A DNA stretch of 64,000 bases from the human T2T-CHM13v2.0 reference genome, Homo sapiens. The stretch's first letter is position 1; every line of letters starts with the position of its first letter. Below, piece by piece: positions 40,576-61,489 of this stretch. The translations under genes and the position numbers were made by a program. The stretch is taken from NCBI RefSeq assembly GCF_009914755.1, contig NC_060941.1, one strand, 5' to 3'. The notes beneath the pieces were generated by a model. That model worked only from the letters and a program-made list of their open reading frames with translations. It did no database searches and was not told the origin of the DNA.

Positions 40576-41179
40576 AGACATACATCCTTGTTCCAGAGAC
40601 TGTGATTTATTTTCTTTTTAAATTGCTAACCAAAGAAAGCTTTACTCCTGGGCAGGGGAGGAGGAAGACACAAGGAGGATAGCCAATCTCCCATTCATTC
40701 GGACTCTGGTAACCACAGAGCGGAGGTAACCAAATTCCACAGGCCTCACCGCTGAAATTCAACAGTGGCCAGCAGTAGCTTAATATCATGGATTACGCCC
40801 AAGTACACAACATTCCTTTCTAGGATGAGAGAAAGCGAGCACAGAATTTATCCTGTTCACAAATGTGGCGTAAGTGACCAAAGAATGATAAATGTTTTAA
40901 TCATTCAAAGAAAGTCCATTATAGGTCTATAAAAGTCCAGTGCATTGCAGCACTCAAAATCTTGCCGGGCGACAAAACTAGAGATTCCTTTTCTTTGTTT
41001 CGAAAAACAAATCTCACAGATGAGGAGACTTTTCAGGAACATGCTGGGGGAGGGAAGGTACTTCCCGCTCAGATGCCCCTTGAGGCAGCTAGTCCCAATT
41101 CCCCCTGCCAACCGCACAGACACACCACCTTGACCTCCCTCTCCCTTCTCTTTCCTCTTATTGCTACTCATGTGCCCCA

Positions 41180-42350
41180 GGCGCCCGTGGTCCTGACACC
41201 CCTGCGCCGCTGGAGACCCCTCTAAGGTAAGATGGCTCCGACTACAGGGCCTTTTTGGCACGCTCAGTCTCCCAGCCCCAAGCGCCAAAAGTGCATTAGG
41301 GAGAAACGTCGGCACGACGTCAAGGGCGCGAACAAGCGTGGTGGCCCAGGTGAGCGTGCGCGGCAGCCAGGCACGCCCGGCTCCCGGGGAAAGACGCCCC
41401 TTTTTTGCCCCGGCTGCCAGGCCGCTCCTTCTCAACTTGTGCGCCCCTGGAAGAGCAAAGAGAGGGCCCTGCGTGGAACCTATGAAGCCTCCTTCGGTTC
41501 CTCGCTGCTCCGGCCCTAGAGAGGGCGAAGAAGGAACAGCGGAGCCCAATCCCTTTCCGAAAGCCACCGCCGCCCTCCAGTTTCTGGCCCGCAGACGAAG
41601 TGGAGATCCAGCCAGGTCTTGAGTGCTGCCGCCCCATCCCTGCAGCCGGAGACTCACCTGTTGCCACTCAAGGTACCGCTACCTACAACACCGCCGACTC
41701 CGCGGCCTTTAGGATTTCAGCTCAGTTCAGCTAAACCACGACAGGCGTGGGGGCAGGAACAGCAACCAACCAATCACCCACCGCCTCCTGGAGCTTTTGC
41801 ACCAATGAGCTCGAAGTTTTGTGAGTGACGACATATCTGGCCAACGCAAAGAAGAGTAAGGGCCTGGGAGGGAGGGAGCGCCGTAGGCGACGCCATGAAG
41901 CTCTGGCAATACCATGTTCATCTTCAAATCACAGTTAAACGAATTCTGGCGAGACACGCCCACGTCCCCCACCCCCGATGCCATGTGCGACCAATCAGAA
42001 AAGCAAAAGGATTGTCTATTTGCACGGCCAATCAGCTGGGAAAATCGCCGAGGTTTGAGCTAACCTCGGAGCGTCCACACCAACCGGGAGGGGACATGTG
42101 GGCCGGGCCAAGTTAATAGTGCCATGGAAGGAAATTTACCGCGGTTGAGTTAAACGTAGACATTAGTTTGGGGCGGTGTTCCGCGTAGGAAATACCACAC
42201 ACTGACACTGAAATTAGGCATAAGGAAGTTTTCCTATTCCGCCTGAGGCTAGACTGCCCTCCCACCTCTACACAGATTTTCAAGTTGGGGAAAATACTGG
42301 CCACCCGCACCTCGTTAAGACGTCGCAGAACCAGTCCTCGTTTCCGAGAA
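41180..42350 (-). promoter_or_regulatory. ARL17 CpG-island promoter
   Basis: High CpG density; CCAAT at 41770, 41802, 41991 and 42028; TGACG at 41826. Confidence 0.85.
41658..41765 (-). other. ARL17A: ARL17 non-coding exon 1 (5' end approximate)
   Basis: CAG|GTGAGT donor (actcacctg at 41652-41660 on +) inside a CpG island, just downstream of CCAAT boxes. Confidence 0.8.
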
Positions 42351-42615
42351 ATGCTTTCTATAGTCAGTTCCCTAAATGCCCAACTTGTTAGCTAAAAAGG
42401 TTACAAACGCCTGTAAATGGTACATAACTGAAATCATCAGAACAACAAACATCTATTAAACATATACTATGTGCCAGAAACTATATCAAGAACTTCAGCA
42501 GGCCCGGCGCGGTAGCTCACGCCTGGAAGGCCAAGGCTTTGAGCTAGGAGTTCGAGACCAGCCTGAGCAACATGGCAAAACCCCATCTCTGCAAAAAAAA
42601 ACAAATTTAAAATTA

Positions 42616-42801
<186 letters not shown>

Positions 42802-42804
42802 CTA

Positions 42805-43572
<768 letters not shown>

Positions 43573-43596
43573 TAATCTTTTTAAGCAAATACAGAA

Positions 43597-44144
43597 TGGA
43601 AACTGCCCTCACAGGATTAAGGAGAGTTACAAGCCAGGCTTTAGGCAGCATTATATATAGTTAGCTGTTATCCAGGGTGCACAAGTGTACTTTGACCCAC
43701 TTCCCTGCAGCTGCTAACTCACTGAACATCACTCCACGTGCTAGACCACCTCCTACCTGTTTCTCCATGGTTCTTACCATGAGTAAGAATTTCTGACGCT
43801 AGACTCATAAGATCGTTTTGCCCAAGAACGGGTTGTTTTTCAGATCCTGAATTCTGACGTCCCCAACCAAGGAACCCACTCAGCACAAGAATGAGGTTTC
43901 TTGGTCTCCCTGTCTCATGACTTCGCCCTTCACTTCTTGACCAATCATCGATCCCCACACTGCAGCCCCTGTCCAGAGGACTTAAAAACCCTGCCCCCCA
44001 AACCTCTCAGGGAGGTGGATTTGAGGCTTCTTCCCATCTCCTCATTCAGATGCCCTGTGATTATTAAACTCTTTCTTTGCTGCAGCCAGGTGTCTCTGTA
44101 TGCTGACTCACTGTGCATTGAGCAAACAAAACTATTAAATTACA
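43597..44144 (+). mobile_element. Solo ERV1 LTR (LTR26-like)
   Basis: TG...CA ends; tggaaactgccctcacagg start; CCAAT 43941, TATA-like 43982, ATTAAA 44063; no clean TSD. Confidence 0.7.
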
Positions 44145-44317
44145 GTACTACTTACTCTTCTAATTACAGTGCTTATATGTATGAGGGTTAATATAAATAC
44201 ATATGACTCCTTAAAAATTAAAGTATGTTTTTTCTGACTATAAAAATTATACATAACCGGGTGCAGTGGCTCACACCTGTAATCCCAGCACTTTGGGAGG
44301 CCGAGGCGGGCAGATCA

Positions 44318-44573
<256 letters not shown>

Positions 44574-44891
44574 TTAATTTTCATTTATTTGATGACTTGC
44601 TATTTTTCCAAATGTTTACTAGTATTTTTATTTCATCTATTAGAAATGATATATTCATGTCCTACTGACTTCCAAGGGAAAGATAGAAAGTTGTTTTGCC
44701 AGGAACTATGAAGGTTGTTTGAATGGAGTCATCATAACCTAAAAAAAAGGTGAAATAACGAAGGTGAGATTTTTACTTACCATTGTTTGTTCCTACAGAA
44801 GGAATGCTGGAGCTGATAATTATGAGAATTTATCCTTCCATCCCTCATAGCCTAAGAATATTCATTATTTTCCCAATATCTGCACTGAGCC

Positions 44892-45948
<1,057 letters not shown>

Positions 45949-46040
45949 AGCCTCTGAATAAACAAAGTTCCTGCCCACATGGCATTCAATTGCTAAACAA
46001 TTATAATCACATAAATACATACACATATACGTATATGTTT

Positions 46041-46071
<31 letters not shown>

Positions 46072-46234
46072 TTTAATACATACGTCCGGGTGCAGTGGCT
46101 CACACCTGTAATCCTAGCACTTTGGGAGGCTGAGTTGGGTAGACTGCTTGAGCCAAGGAGTTCAAGCCCAGCCTGGTCAACATGGTGAGACCCCATCTCT
46201 ACAAAAAATACAAAATACAAAAATTAGCTGGTCA

Positions 46235-46345
<111 letters not shown>

Positions 46346-48444
46346 CTAGGAGACAAAGTGAGACTCTGTCTCAAAAAACAAACAAACAAAATACATTCAT
46401 ATAGAGAGAGAAAAAGAGGGAGAATTTTATAATGATATGCATGAGGAATGTATAGGGGAAGAGGCTAAAAATAGGCCGAACTTACTAGTGAATATATTCA
46501 GGAGGTAGGACTGTGATTGTTTTTAAGTGATCGAGGGAAAATAGTGTACTGATTTTAAAATGGAAAACTCAACTTATTTTTTAAAAATTAAAACTCTGAC
46601 AAGAGGGAGGTTTAATTGAAATCACAGTGGCTGCTCAGGGAAGTTTATAAATCTCGAACTGCAACGACTCAATAAGCATGAATTGCTTGTGATGATATTG
46701 ACTTAATAGAGTTATTTTTTCCTTAATAGAAAACACATCTTATCAATATAATGTTATTTGTAAAGCATGGAAAGGACAAAGTGCTCTTGGGAGAAGTAGA
46801 AAGAGAATTTCACTCTGAGAAACCTATTTGGAGAAAGCTCCTCATCTCTGGCTTAGACTTTAAAATTAGTTAATAGTGTAATTAGGGATAGTTGTAGTAA
46901 TAGTGGTATTGGTATGGTAGTTAGAGTTTAAATGTCACACAGAATACCCAGACCACCTTCCCCCAAGTGCCACTAAACTTATTCTTCTAATCAAACCTCT
47001 GCTCAAGGGATGTCTTCTTCCTCTCTTGGAAAGCTGTGTTCCTTACCTCAGAAACAGCCCTCCATAAACCTGCCCTTAAGAGAATCCTTGGCCAGGCACA
47101 GTGATTCACGCTTGTAATCCCAGCACTTTGGGAGGCCAAGGCGGGTGGATCTCTTGAGGTCAGGAGTTCGAGAGCTGTCTGGCCATCATGGTGAAACCCT
47201 GTCTCTACCAAAAAATAAACATTAAAAATAAAAAAATTAGCCAGGTATGGTGGTGCGTGCCTGTAAATCTCAACTACTTGAGAGGCTGAAGCAGAATTGC
47301 TTGAACCTGGGAGGCAGAGGTTGCAGTGAGCTGAGATCGTTCCACTGCACTCCAGCCTGGGCAACAGAGCAAGACTCCATCTCGAAAAAAAAAAAAAAGA
47401 GAGAGAGAGAGAATCCTTAAGACACGCCTTCTTGGATGCCCTCTGGAGAAATGTCAAGAGTAGCCAATATAGTCACCCCAGTCGGCTGTGGTGTGTGGGC
47501 CTCTAGTGTTTTAAGGTTCTAGGCAACTTAGCCCCTCCCAGGAGATGCTGATTTACTTTTCTCAAGGTGCATAAAGTCTCATCACACCAATATCTGAAAA
47601 ATCTCTTTTCAAAGAGATGCAGGCAGCCTTCCAGCCCCATGATGTTAATACACAGGGTTAGGCAGCCTGGCAAGTGCACTGGGGCCCCCACTGAAGGATC
47701 ATCTGGTTTCCATAGCAACAGTCCTTCCTTTCCACGGAGGATTCTATCATCTCTCCTGCTCACTCAGGCTTTCCAGAATGAATTGTTTTTTGTGACTATA
47801 GGTGTTTGTCCTTGATCCTGCAAAGAGAAAAGACATATTCATTTAAAACAAACACCCCCCACCCCGCCCCGCAACTGACTGCAGCTAGAATACTGCATTG
47901 CATCAGCTGGTCTTCCTTTCATTTAAAAATTCCATGTCCTTTCTCCATTTTGCTCCGTTCTCTAGCTTTATCCATCATTTTAGAAAACAGGTTTCTCTGA
48001 CAGAAAACAAACAGATGGCAACTCCATCATCCTAAAACTGGCTGTGACGGGGCTCTAAAATTAAGTGTTCATGGGGCTCCCAGAAAGCCTAGGCTTGCAT
48101 GGTATGTGTGGCTGACCTGTGAGTTACGATTGGAGGGGCAAGAGAAGGCTTTCTATACACAGATGGCTCCCCATACAGTGTCACAGTCTCTGAAGTGTTG
48201 CCTTTTGAGGTTTGTTTTCTTAGGTCAGGCACTGCTGTCCTGTCAGTATTTTCCTAAATTGCCAATACTCCTGGGAAGAGTAATACGTTAGGTTACTAAT
48301 ACTGAAAGAACTTGGGAAAGAGAGGAGGGGGTGCAGCGGGAAGGGAATAAAAGGGGCTCTGAAGACCACCTTTGTGTGCTTCACAGTGACATCTTCTGCA
48401 AGAGGGGAAGTGCAGGTCTTCATCTCTCTCTTTGTCTCTCTCTG

Positions 48445-48445
<1 letters not shown>

Positions 48446-48476
<31 letters not shown>
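48446..48476 (+). repeat. (CA)n microsatellite, ~15 units, preceded by a CT-rich run
   Basis: Seen directly. Confidence 0.95.
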
Positions 48477-48480
<4 letters not shown>

Positions 48481-49052
48481 GGATGCCTTCTGACAATTAC
48501 AATACAGTAGTGAATTCACCGAACAGGACTGTTCCCTGAAACACCTACATACAATCCCGCTGGAAGACCTTTGAAACAGCCCTGCAGTGACTAAAAACTC
48601 TGTCCCCAGTGCCACTTGTTTAACCCTACAGTTTCCACAGACTAAAGGTAGTTTTCCTTTGGTTAATATGAAAACACCAAATAGTCAGATTGCTTTGTTA
48701 AATAAAGTGGATTACGGTGAATCTGTTCACTTCTATGTTTTATATTGCCCTCACTCCACAAATCACAGAAGATATTTATTTTTCCCCCAGTTAAATTCTG
48801 TTACCACAACCATTACAAACAAATGTCTATATAACCAAAATGTTAGTCAGCCCCATTCCAATGGAGCACATTTTAAGTGATGTTTAATGGGACATAATTT
48901 GAACATAAAATTCTATCTGTGCACTGTTTTCAAGTCTTTGAATCAGGCCTCCACCTATAGATGTTGGTTACCTATCAGGGAGCAACAGGTGATGCTAAGG
49001 ATCACTTTGTAAAAACCAGGAATCACATCCCTGTAACTGACAGGAAACTGAC

Positions 49053-49466
49053 TATATTCATCAGGGTTCTCCAGAAAAATAGAACTAACAGAATGTGTAT
49101 ATACATAGGAGGAAATTTTGTTTAAGGAATTGACTCGTGTGATCGTGGAGACTTTGGGAGCCCAAAATCTGATGGGAGAAGCTGGCATGCAGGAGGCCCA
49201 GGGAAGAGTTACAGTTCTAGTCCACAGGTAACCTGCTAGAGAATTCCTTCTTGTTCTGGATGAGTTTGGCCTTTTGTCTATTCAGGCTTTCAAGTGATTG
49301 GATGAGGCCCACCTACATTATGGAGGGCAACCTTCTTTACTCAAAGTCTACAGATTTAAATGTAAATCTCATCCAAAAACACCCTCACAGAAACATCCAG
49401 AATAATATTTGATCAAGTATCTGGGCAACATGGCCAAGCCAAGTTGACACAGAATTAACCGTCACA
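49053..49466 (-). mobile_element. MLT2C-like solo ERVL LTR
   Basis: tcagggttctccagaaaaatagaac...gattggatgaggcccac...aagttgacacagaattaaccgtcaca; near-TSD ctgac/ctgga. Confidence 0.85.
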
Positions 49467-50792
49467 CTGGATCACAAGGGCTGTGTTCAGCAAGAACTGA
49501 CCTTGGTCAAACCCTGCCCCTGCCCTTATGCCCCACTCTTCTTCATTCTGGGTCCTGCTATTTCCATTTTATCATGTCTTCATCTTCTTTCCCCACCTTT
49601 CAGGTACCTTTCCTCTCTGACCCTATCCCTAGACTCACCTCCTACCCCCCACTCAAAGCCCTTCCTTCCTTAAAAAATGATGTTAGTCATTACACTTTAG
49701 GATTTAAATTAATCATTCTGTTAGCCGTCTTACTAACTTTCTCACTGTGAAAGGAAAGCATATTAAAAGAATTTCAGGGATCGACGAAGAGCTGAGGGAG
49801 GTATTTTTCTAGGAAGAGAAAGTGACTAACAGAAATCAAGACAAAGGGGGACAATCAGATTTTTCAGATGACAGAAAGCAGGTAAACTCTAGAGATCTAG
49901 AGAACTAGCAAATGGTCTCTTCAGGGTGTCATCATTGCAGTAAATGAGCTCTAGCTATTTCTGTCTTTATTCTTCAGGGTATTCAAGATTGCAGTTACTT
50001 AGGAGAGACAGAGCATCTGACTGATTGAACTTGGGTTCTGTATTCACTCCTGGGCCAGGGGGAGGCAGGGTACCTGGTCTGACAGTCCTTCCAAGGCTGC
50101 ATGAACCAGAGGAGCTGTTACCAGAAAAGGGCAGAGTGAATTTGGGGCAGCAAAAACATTTATTGCTTATCGACTATCACTGCAAGGATTACTCAGAGGG
50201 TGATGCAGAATCAGCACCCCTCTATTTCTAAGATGACCTTGAATGTCAGAGCAAGGCACAAACAGGTTGCAGAGACATGTGGAGTATCTGGAGCACTGTC
50301 TCAGGATCCTTCCTCTCCTGCTGGATGCTAAGGACCTTAAGGACAAGAGCTATCTTTGCTTGCAATTTATTTGGCAGGCCCTGCAGGGCTGTGCAAATGA
50401 TTCTATTTAATTTTTACTACTTGTGAGAAGGCACAGAGGGCTTTGAGAGGGCACAGAGGGCCTCTTATAATGGGTAGATATGCACATTAGCTGATACACT
50501 GGAAACTTTCCAGCAGGCATATCCTTCCAAGATGATAAATATTCCTCCTTGTTGGAGAAATTGAAGACATTTGTACTTGCAATCTAGCTTATCTAGTAAA
50601 ACAAGACAAACTAACCAGTGATAGGGAGAAACATGTTTGCATTATTTTCCAACCTTGAAAATAATGTCAGATTATTGGACTGAGAACCAATGTCATCTTC
50701 TGGATCTTGTAATTATTTGGACAAAATCTCTTTGATTCTAGGTTCAAAGTCAAGGTGTCAAAAAAAAAAAAAGGATACAACTGTTAAGCTTA

Positions 50793-51683
<891 letters not shown>

Positions 51684-52479
51684 GGCATGAATTTTTTCTT
51701 CTGTCCCTAGTTCATCTTCAGGTCACTGTCTGATTTTATTAGTTCTCAAATTTAAATCACTATGCATGCTCAGCTCTTCTAGTTATTTCCCTTCTTTCCT
51801 CATGTTGGGAAAAAAACCCCGATTTATTCTAATTGTGAGAAATGAAAGCGAACAAATCCTATCATTCCCTATTGTCTTGTGCAAATATGAAGAGAGATAT
51901 GATAGTGGGGTAAATAAAAGCATCAGGGAATCCATTCGGCAGAATCTTTCTCCTCTCAGCGTGCTTGCAGTTAGATATTCTGAGATTCCAGTGGAGAAAT
52001 GGTATGGTGGAAACATTGAGGTTCAACAAGGCTCAATTTAGGGCATATTTTATTCAGATTCTACCATATATATTGTCTAAAATGAAACAACACTGGGGAA
52101 TGAAAAGGTTGGTCGAAGATGCAAGTTGCCTTTATTAAATAAAGACAAATATTTAATAAAAATAATGTATAAAAATAATCACAATTCACTTTCAAATCTG
52201 AAAATACTGAGTTTTCCAGGCTACACATAAATAAAACTGCCAACGATGACAATTCCAGCAACTAGGAAAACAAGTACGCCTACAAAGAAAAGTGAGAAAA
52301 TTCATGGAGAATTTGAACTCAGAACCAACTCCTCGGAGCTGATCTTTTTTGGGGGAAGCCAGGGAACGCGCCGGGCGCTCTCATCAGCAAGACCATGTTT
52401 AAAGAGAGTGTGGAAGCACAGACCAAAATGGACATTCGAGGGCGAACAGCAGCTGGCAAAGGGATAAGTGATCCGAAGC

Positions 52480-53260
52480 ATTAAAGCCCTTGAGACAAAT
52501 TCCGGCGCGAACCGCCAGTGGGGGATGAGACTCGCAGGCGCAGCCCTCCAGGCCCCGGCGGACTGACACGCACGTTGGAAACGGAGTCACCCACCACAGC
52601 CCCGCAGCTCCAGCCAAAATGGCGCCGCCGCTCTGCCCACCCCGCGCACCCCAGGCGGCCGCCGAGCCCGCGCGCGCGCCCTGTGGAGCGAGGACGCCGG
52701 GGACGCGGCCAGGGACGCGCGCGTCCTCACGGCGGTTGCACGCCTGCGCGAGGGCGGGCGGCGGGGGCGCGCGCGCGGCGGGGGCGGGCTTTGCCGAGCG
52801 CAGAGCTGCAGCCGCCGAGCCGGACGTGTCCGCGAAGATGGCGGGCCGGGTGAGTGCCGGTCTGGGAGCCCAGGCTTGAGGCAGGGGCGCCGGGCTCGCG
52901 GGCACTCTGGGGTCCAGGCGGCCCCAGAGGAGTGGGAGTGAATCCGAGCAATGGGGCGCGAGGCCAGAGCGGGACTTGAGGGTAGCAGGGGAGCGGTGGC
53001 AGGGGATTAGCCCTCCTCAACAACTCCACCCCCCTCGAGGGGAGATGACCCCTCGTTACACGCGTCTGCTGCGCCTCCCGTCATCCTCCCTTCCCATCCC
53101 TTGGGGCTTGTTCCCTCGTCCTCCACACAGCCGCAGGGTCGCGGTCGCCGAAGCCCCCTCTGACGGGCTCTGGGGGTCTTTCCGCACCCCCTTGCGAGGG
53201 CTTATTAGGGGGCGCCGGAGTAACTGCCGGGAGCACCTCTGCTGCATTCGGGGCAAGGGG
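52480..53260 (+). promoter_or_regulatory. NSF (or NSFP1) CpG-island promoter
   Basis: Very high GC/CpG; YY1-type AAAATGGCG at 52616 and AAGATGGCG at 52835; GC boxes; GCGCGCGC runs. Confidence 0.92.
52838..52849 (+). CDS. NSF: NSF exon 1 CDS (MAGR); intron 1 runs past the end of the window
   Basis: aagATGGCGGGCCGG|gtgagt; NSF begins MAGRSMQAA; the next exon is not in the window. May be the NSFP1 duplicate. Confidence 0.85.
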
Positions 53261-53849
53261 TGTAGGAAGGATCTTCAGGAACCCATGTCTGGCTCTTCAC
53301 AAATTAAAGGTCGTTGGGAAAGAGGAGGGGGTGCCAATGACTTTTAGTGTTAAAGCCCGGCCATCTGGGGGACCTGTCAACTGTCGGGTCAGGCAGGAAT
53401 TGGCTTTAGCTTGGAGTGAGGATGGATTTGGGGTGTCACGTTTTGTTTTTATGGATGACAGTCGCTTCGAATGCAGCAGGATATGCTGTAGTTTCAGGGT
53501 TTTAAATTTACTTCCTCCTTTAGCCTTTAGGATCGTTGGGTAGGATGGGTTTGGCGAGGAGAGAGAGCTGGTTGAGTGCTGTATTGCAGTCTGCCTTGAG
53601 CTAAAAGCTCTCAAGGGATGAGTCCTGCCCGGAGATTACACTGGTCATAAACCTGAGGACATTAACTGCGTCATTGGGGGCGAAAGATGTGATTGACTGA
53701 TCTATTTATAACAGAATTTTTGAATAAGTTTGCATAGATTTATGCATATATGCAAATGCCCTATCTGAAGGGACTTGTAGGTCATGAGATTCTAGAGTAA
53801 GAAGGGATCTTAAAGGTCATTTAGTTTGGCTTCTTTCTCTTCCTTTTCC

Positions 53850-56165
<2,316 letters not shown>

Positions 56166-56319
56166 GTCTCTGAACACTCTGGTGATAGATGGTATATTAC
56201 CCTAAAGCTTGCCTGTAATGTCATACAGCTATGTTAGGTCTTTGTTATCTGGAGTTCCATGTAACTTTTATACGTAGTTACTATTTCTGCTGTTTCAAGC
56301 CATACGGAACTAAACACAA

Positions 56320-57190
56320 TTCTTTTTCCATGTAATAGCTACTCAAGCTACTCATTTACTTGAATACAGGTTACATATCTCCTCAGATTTTCGATTTTGC
56401 AAGTTAAACATCCCCCAATTCCTAGCATATTTCATATTCCAAACCCTTCATCATTTAGGCTACCTTCCTCTGGAAGTAACCTAATGTTACTGTTTTGTCA
56501 ACCTTTCTTCTAAAATGTGCCCAGAGTGGAACACAGTGATCAGAGAAGAATGTACTTAAGCTATTATTGTCTTGAGATGGACACTACCATTATTCATACC
56601 AGATAAAATTGTATTAGCGTTTTTTCTATAGTAAATCACATTCTTGGCTCATACTGAGCTTGTAGTCAGTGAAAACTCATGTTCTTTTAAAATCAGCTCC
56701 CTAGCTCCATTCTAGGTTTAGAGCAGTTTTATTGAACCTAAATCAAGACCTTATCCTTTTACAATTCATTTTTTTAGGTCAGTGCATGTCTGCTGTTTGT
56801 TGAGGTAATCTGGATTCTTAGTTCTTTCATGTTAGGAAACATAATAGCTGTCTCTTCCAGTTTGGTTAGATCTGTAGGTTTAATCATGACTTCTGTTTCT
56901 ACGTTTGAGTTATTGGTAAAGGATAGAATAAGACAGGGTCAGAAATAACCCTTGGACATGCTGCCAGTGACATGCCTCTAGACTGATACCCATTAATACA
57001 CTTGGGCACTGTTGCTTAAATACAGATGTGTCTCATTTAATTCCAACAAAACAACCTGCAAAGTAGGTAGTATTATCTTTGTTTTTTTGCAGAGAGAAAG
57101 AGAGAGAGATTTAGTAACTTGAGAAGTTCACATAGCCAGCAAGAAGCAGGGTCAAGATTTGAACTCAGATCAGCCTGGTACTGTTACCTA
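56320..57190 (-). mobile_element. L3/CR1 fragment followed by a MIR (~57030-57190)
   Basis: aagttaaacatccccc, aaatgtgcccagagtggaacacag, tggctcatactgagcttgtagtca. Confidence 0.6.
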
Positions 57191-57399
57191 GTTCACCAGC
57201 TTAGTTGCAAGAGTGTAGTAAAGACTAGGTTTACCTCACCTAGAACTTTTTGGACATAATAATGTTCAGAAACTATCTTCTACCTTTTGGAAAATCTGAA
57301 AAACTTTGGCCCATCTGATTGTCTATCATTTCTTCTGATAGCCTTTATTTTCTAGTAACTACTGAGTGATTTTTAGCAAAAATAGTTCACCTTGTTGCA

Positions 57400-60098
<2,699 letters not shown>

Positions 60099-61489
60099 TG
60101 ATTTGCCTGCCTTGGCCTACCAAAGTGCTGGGATTACAGGCGTGAGGCACTGAGCCCGGCTGTTGCGATACTCTTAATGGGTTTTATATTTCCTTTTTGT
60201 GGGGGACAGTTTATTTTGCATTCTTACTACTTTTGATATTCTGACATCATCTTATAAGTGGGATTTATATTCACTATGTAATTGAAGTTTTTTCCAATGA
60301 AGCACCGTATATAGTTTATCTGGGAAATTGGCTGAAGAATAAAATGTGTGATGTTATTCAGTGTACAGTTTCTAGGTCATCAGAAGATACCACTACCTTC
60401 CCACTACTGGAAAAGAAAAAAGAAAAGTTTTCCACAGTGCCTGAACTGTTTTGTATGCTTATCTTTTAAAATTGCCAGAAATCTCACTTACTGGAGATTC
60501 AGCAGTCCCTTTCTGAAAATACACATACTTTAGTGCAAATAAAGCCAGTGGATCTCTTTCTTCATAAGTCCTTAAACCTAGTCGAGGTCATCTGTTTGGC
60601 AGAGATAGGAGTAAGATAATGTGAAATAGGAACCAACGAGAGAGAACTTGCTTAGGAGTTGAAAGGGGTATGGAAAGATGTTAGAGGTAAAATTTGTCGA
60701 ATCTAGTGTTTTGACTAGGGCAGGCCAGAATATTCAGTATCAGTATCAATATCAGAAGCTTTTGTAGCCTTTGTTTAGAAACCTAGTCATTTATAACATT
60801 TTGTGGGTGAATGACATCATTACCAAACAAACTTTCAGATGAAACTTTGGAACTCAAGCTGTAAATTGTGGATAGCTCATGTGCAGTACTACAAATCAAA
60901 ACAAATACTATAAAGTGTTTGGTAGTCCATTTCCTGAATGAAAGTTTGTCCAAAGTATATCAACTTTCTGCAGTCTTACATGCAGTAGTTATTAGTTTTG
61001 TGTATCGCTTTAGTGGATATTTTTAAAAGTATCTTCAAATGCAATGAATTTTAGGAAACAAAACAATTCTTTAAAGCATCATTAGATAGCTTCTTCTTTC
61101 TGAAACCCAGAGGAATTTATGTATAGGATGACTCTTTTTTTCAAGTAGTTAAGTTAAGGTGCAAAAGTATAAGGTAAAGTATATTATCTTACCATTGAAA
61201 ATTTTGGCAGTGGCAGAAGAGCGAACCCTTACAAATACCTTCATTGGGCAATACACTAAGCACTTGCTGTAATGCTTTTTAAAACATCTATACTCTGGCT
61301 GTGGTATTTTAAGTGAAAATCTCTCAGTGAGATACTCTTTCGTATTTTAGTACTGATATCCTTAATATTGCTCTGAGAGCTACCTTATACTGACTTCAGT
61401 TTCCTAGTGATTTAAACTACTAATTTCCAACTTATTTTTTTTTATAGTGAAAACTAAATATTCCTTTTGTAGATGTAACCATTTCTGGA

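Noticed and set aside
40905-41657. 250-aa minus-strand ORF
   Set aside because: Starts at the GT of the ARL17 intron-1 donor; GC-rich chance ORF with no recognisable domain
52399-53614. Several overlapping 65-170 aa ORFs over the NSF island
   Set aside because: Expected from stop-poor GC-rich DNA; only the one in frame with NSF is discussed
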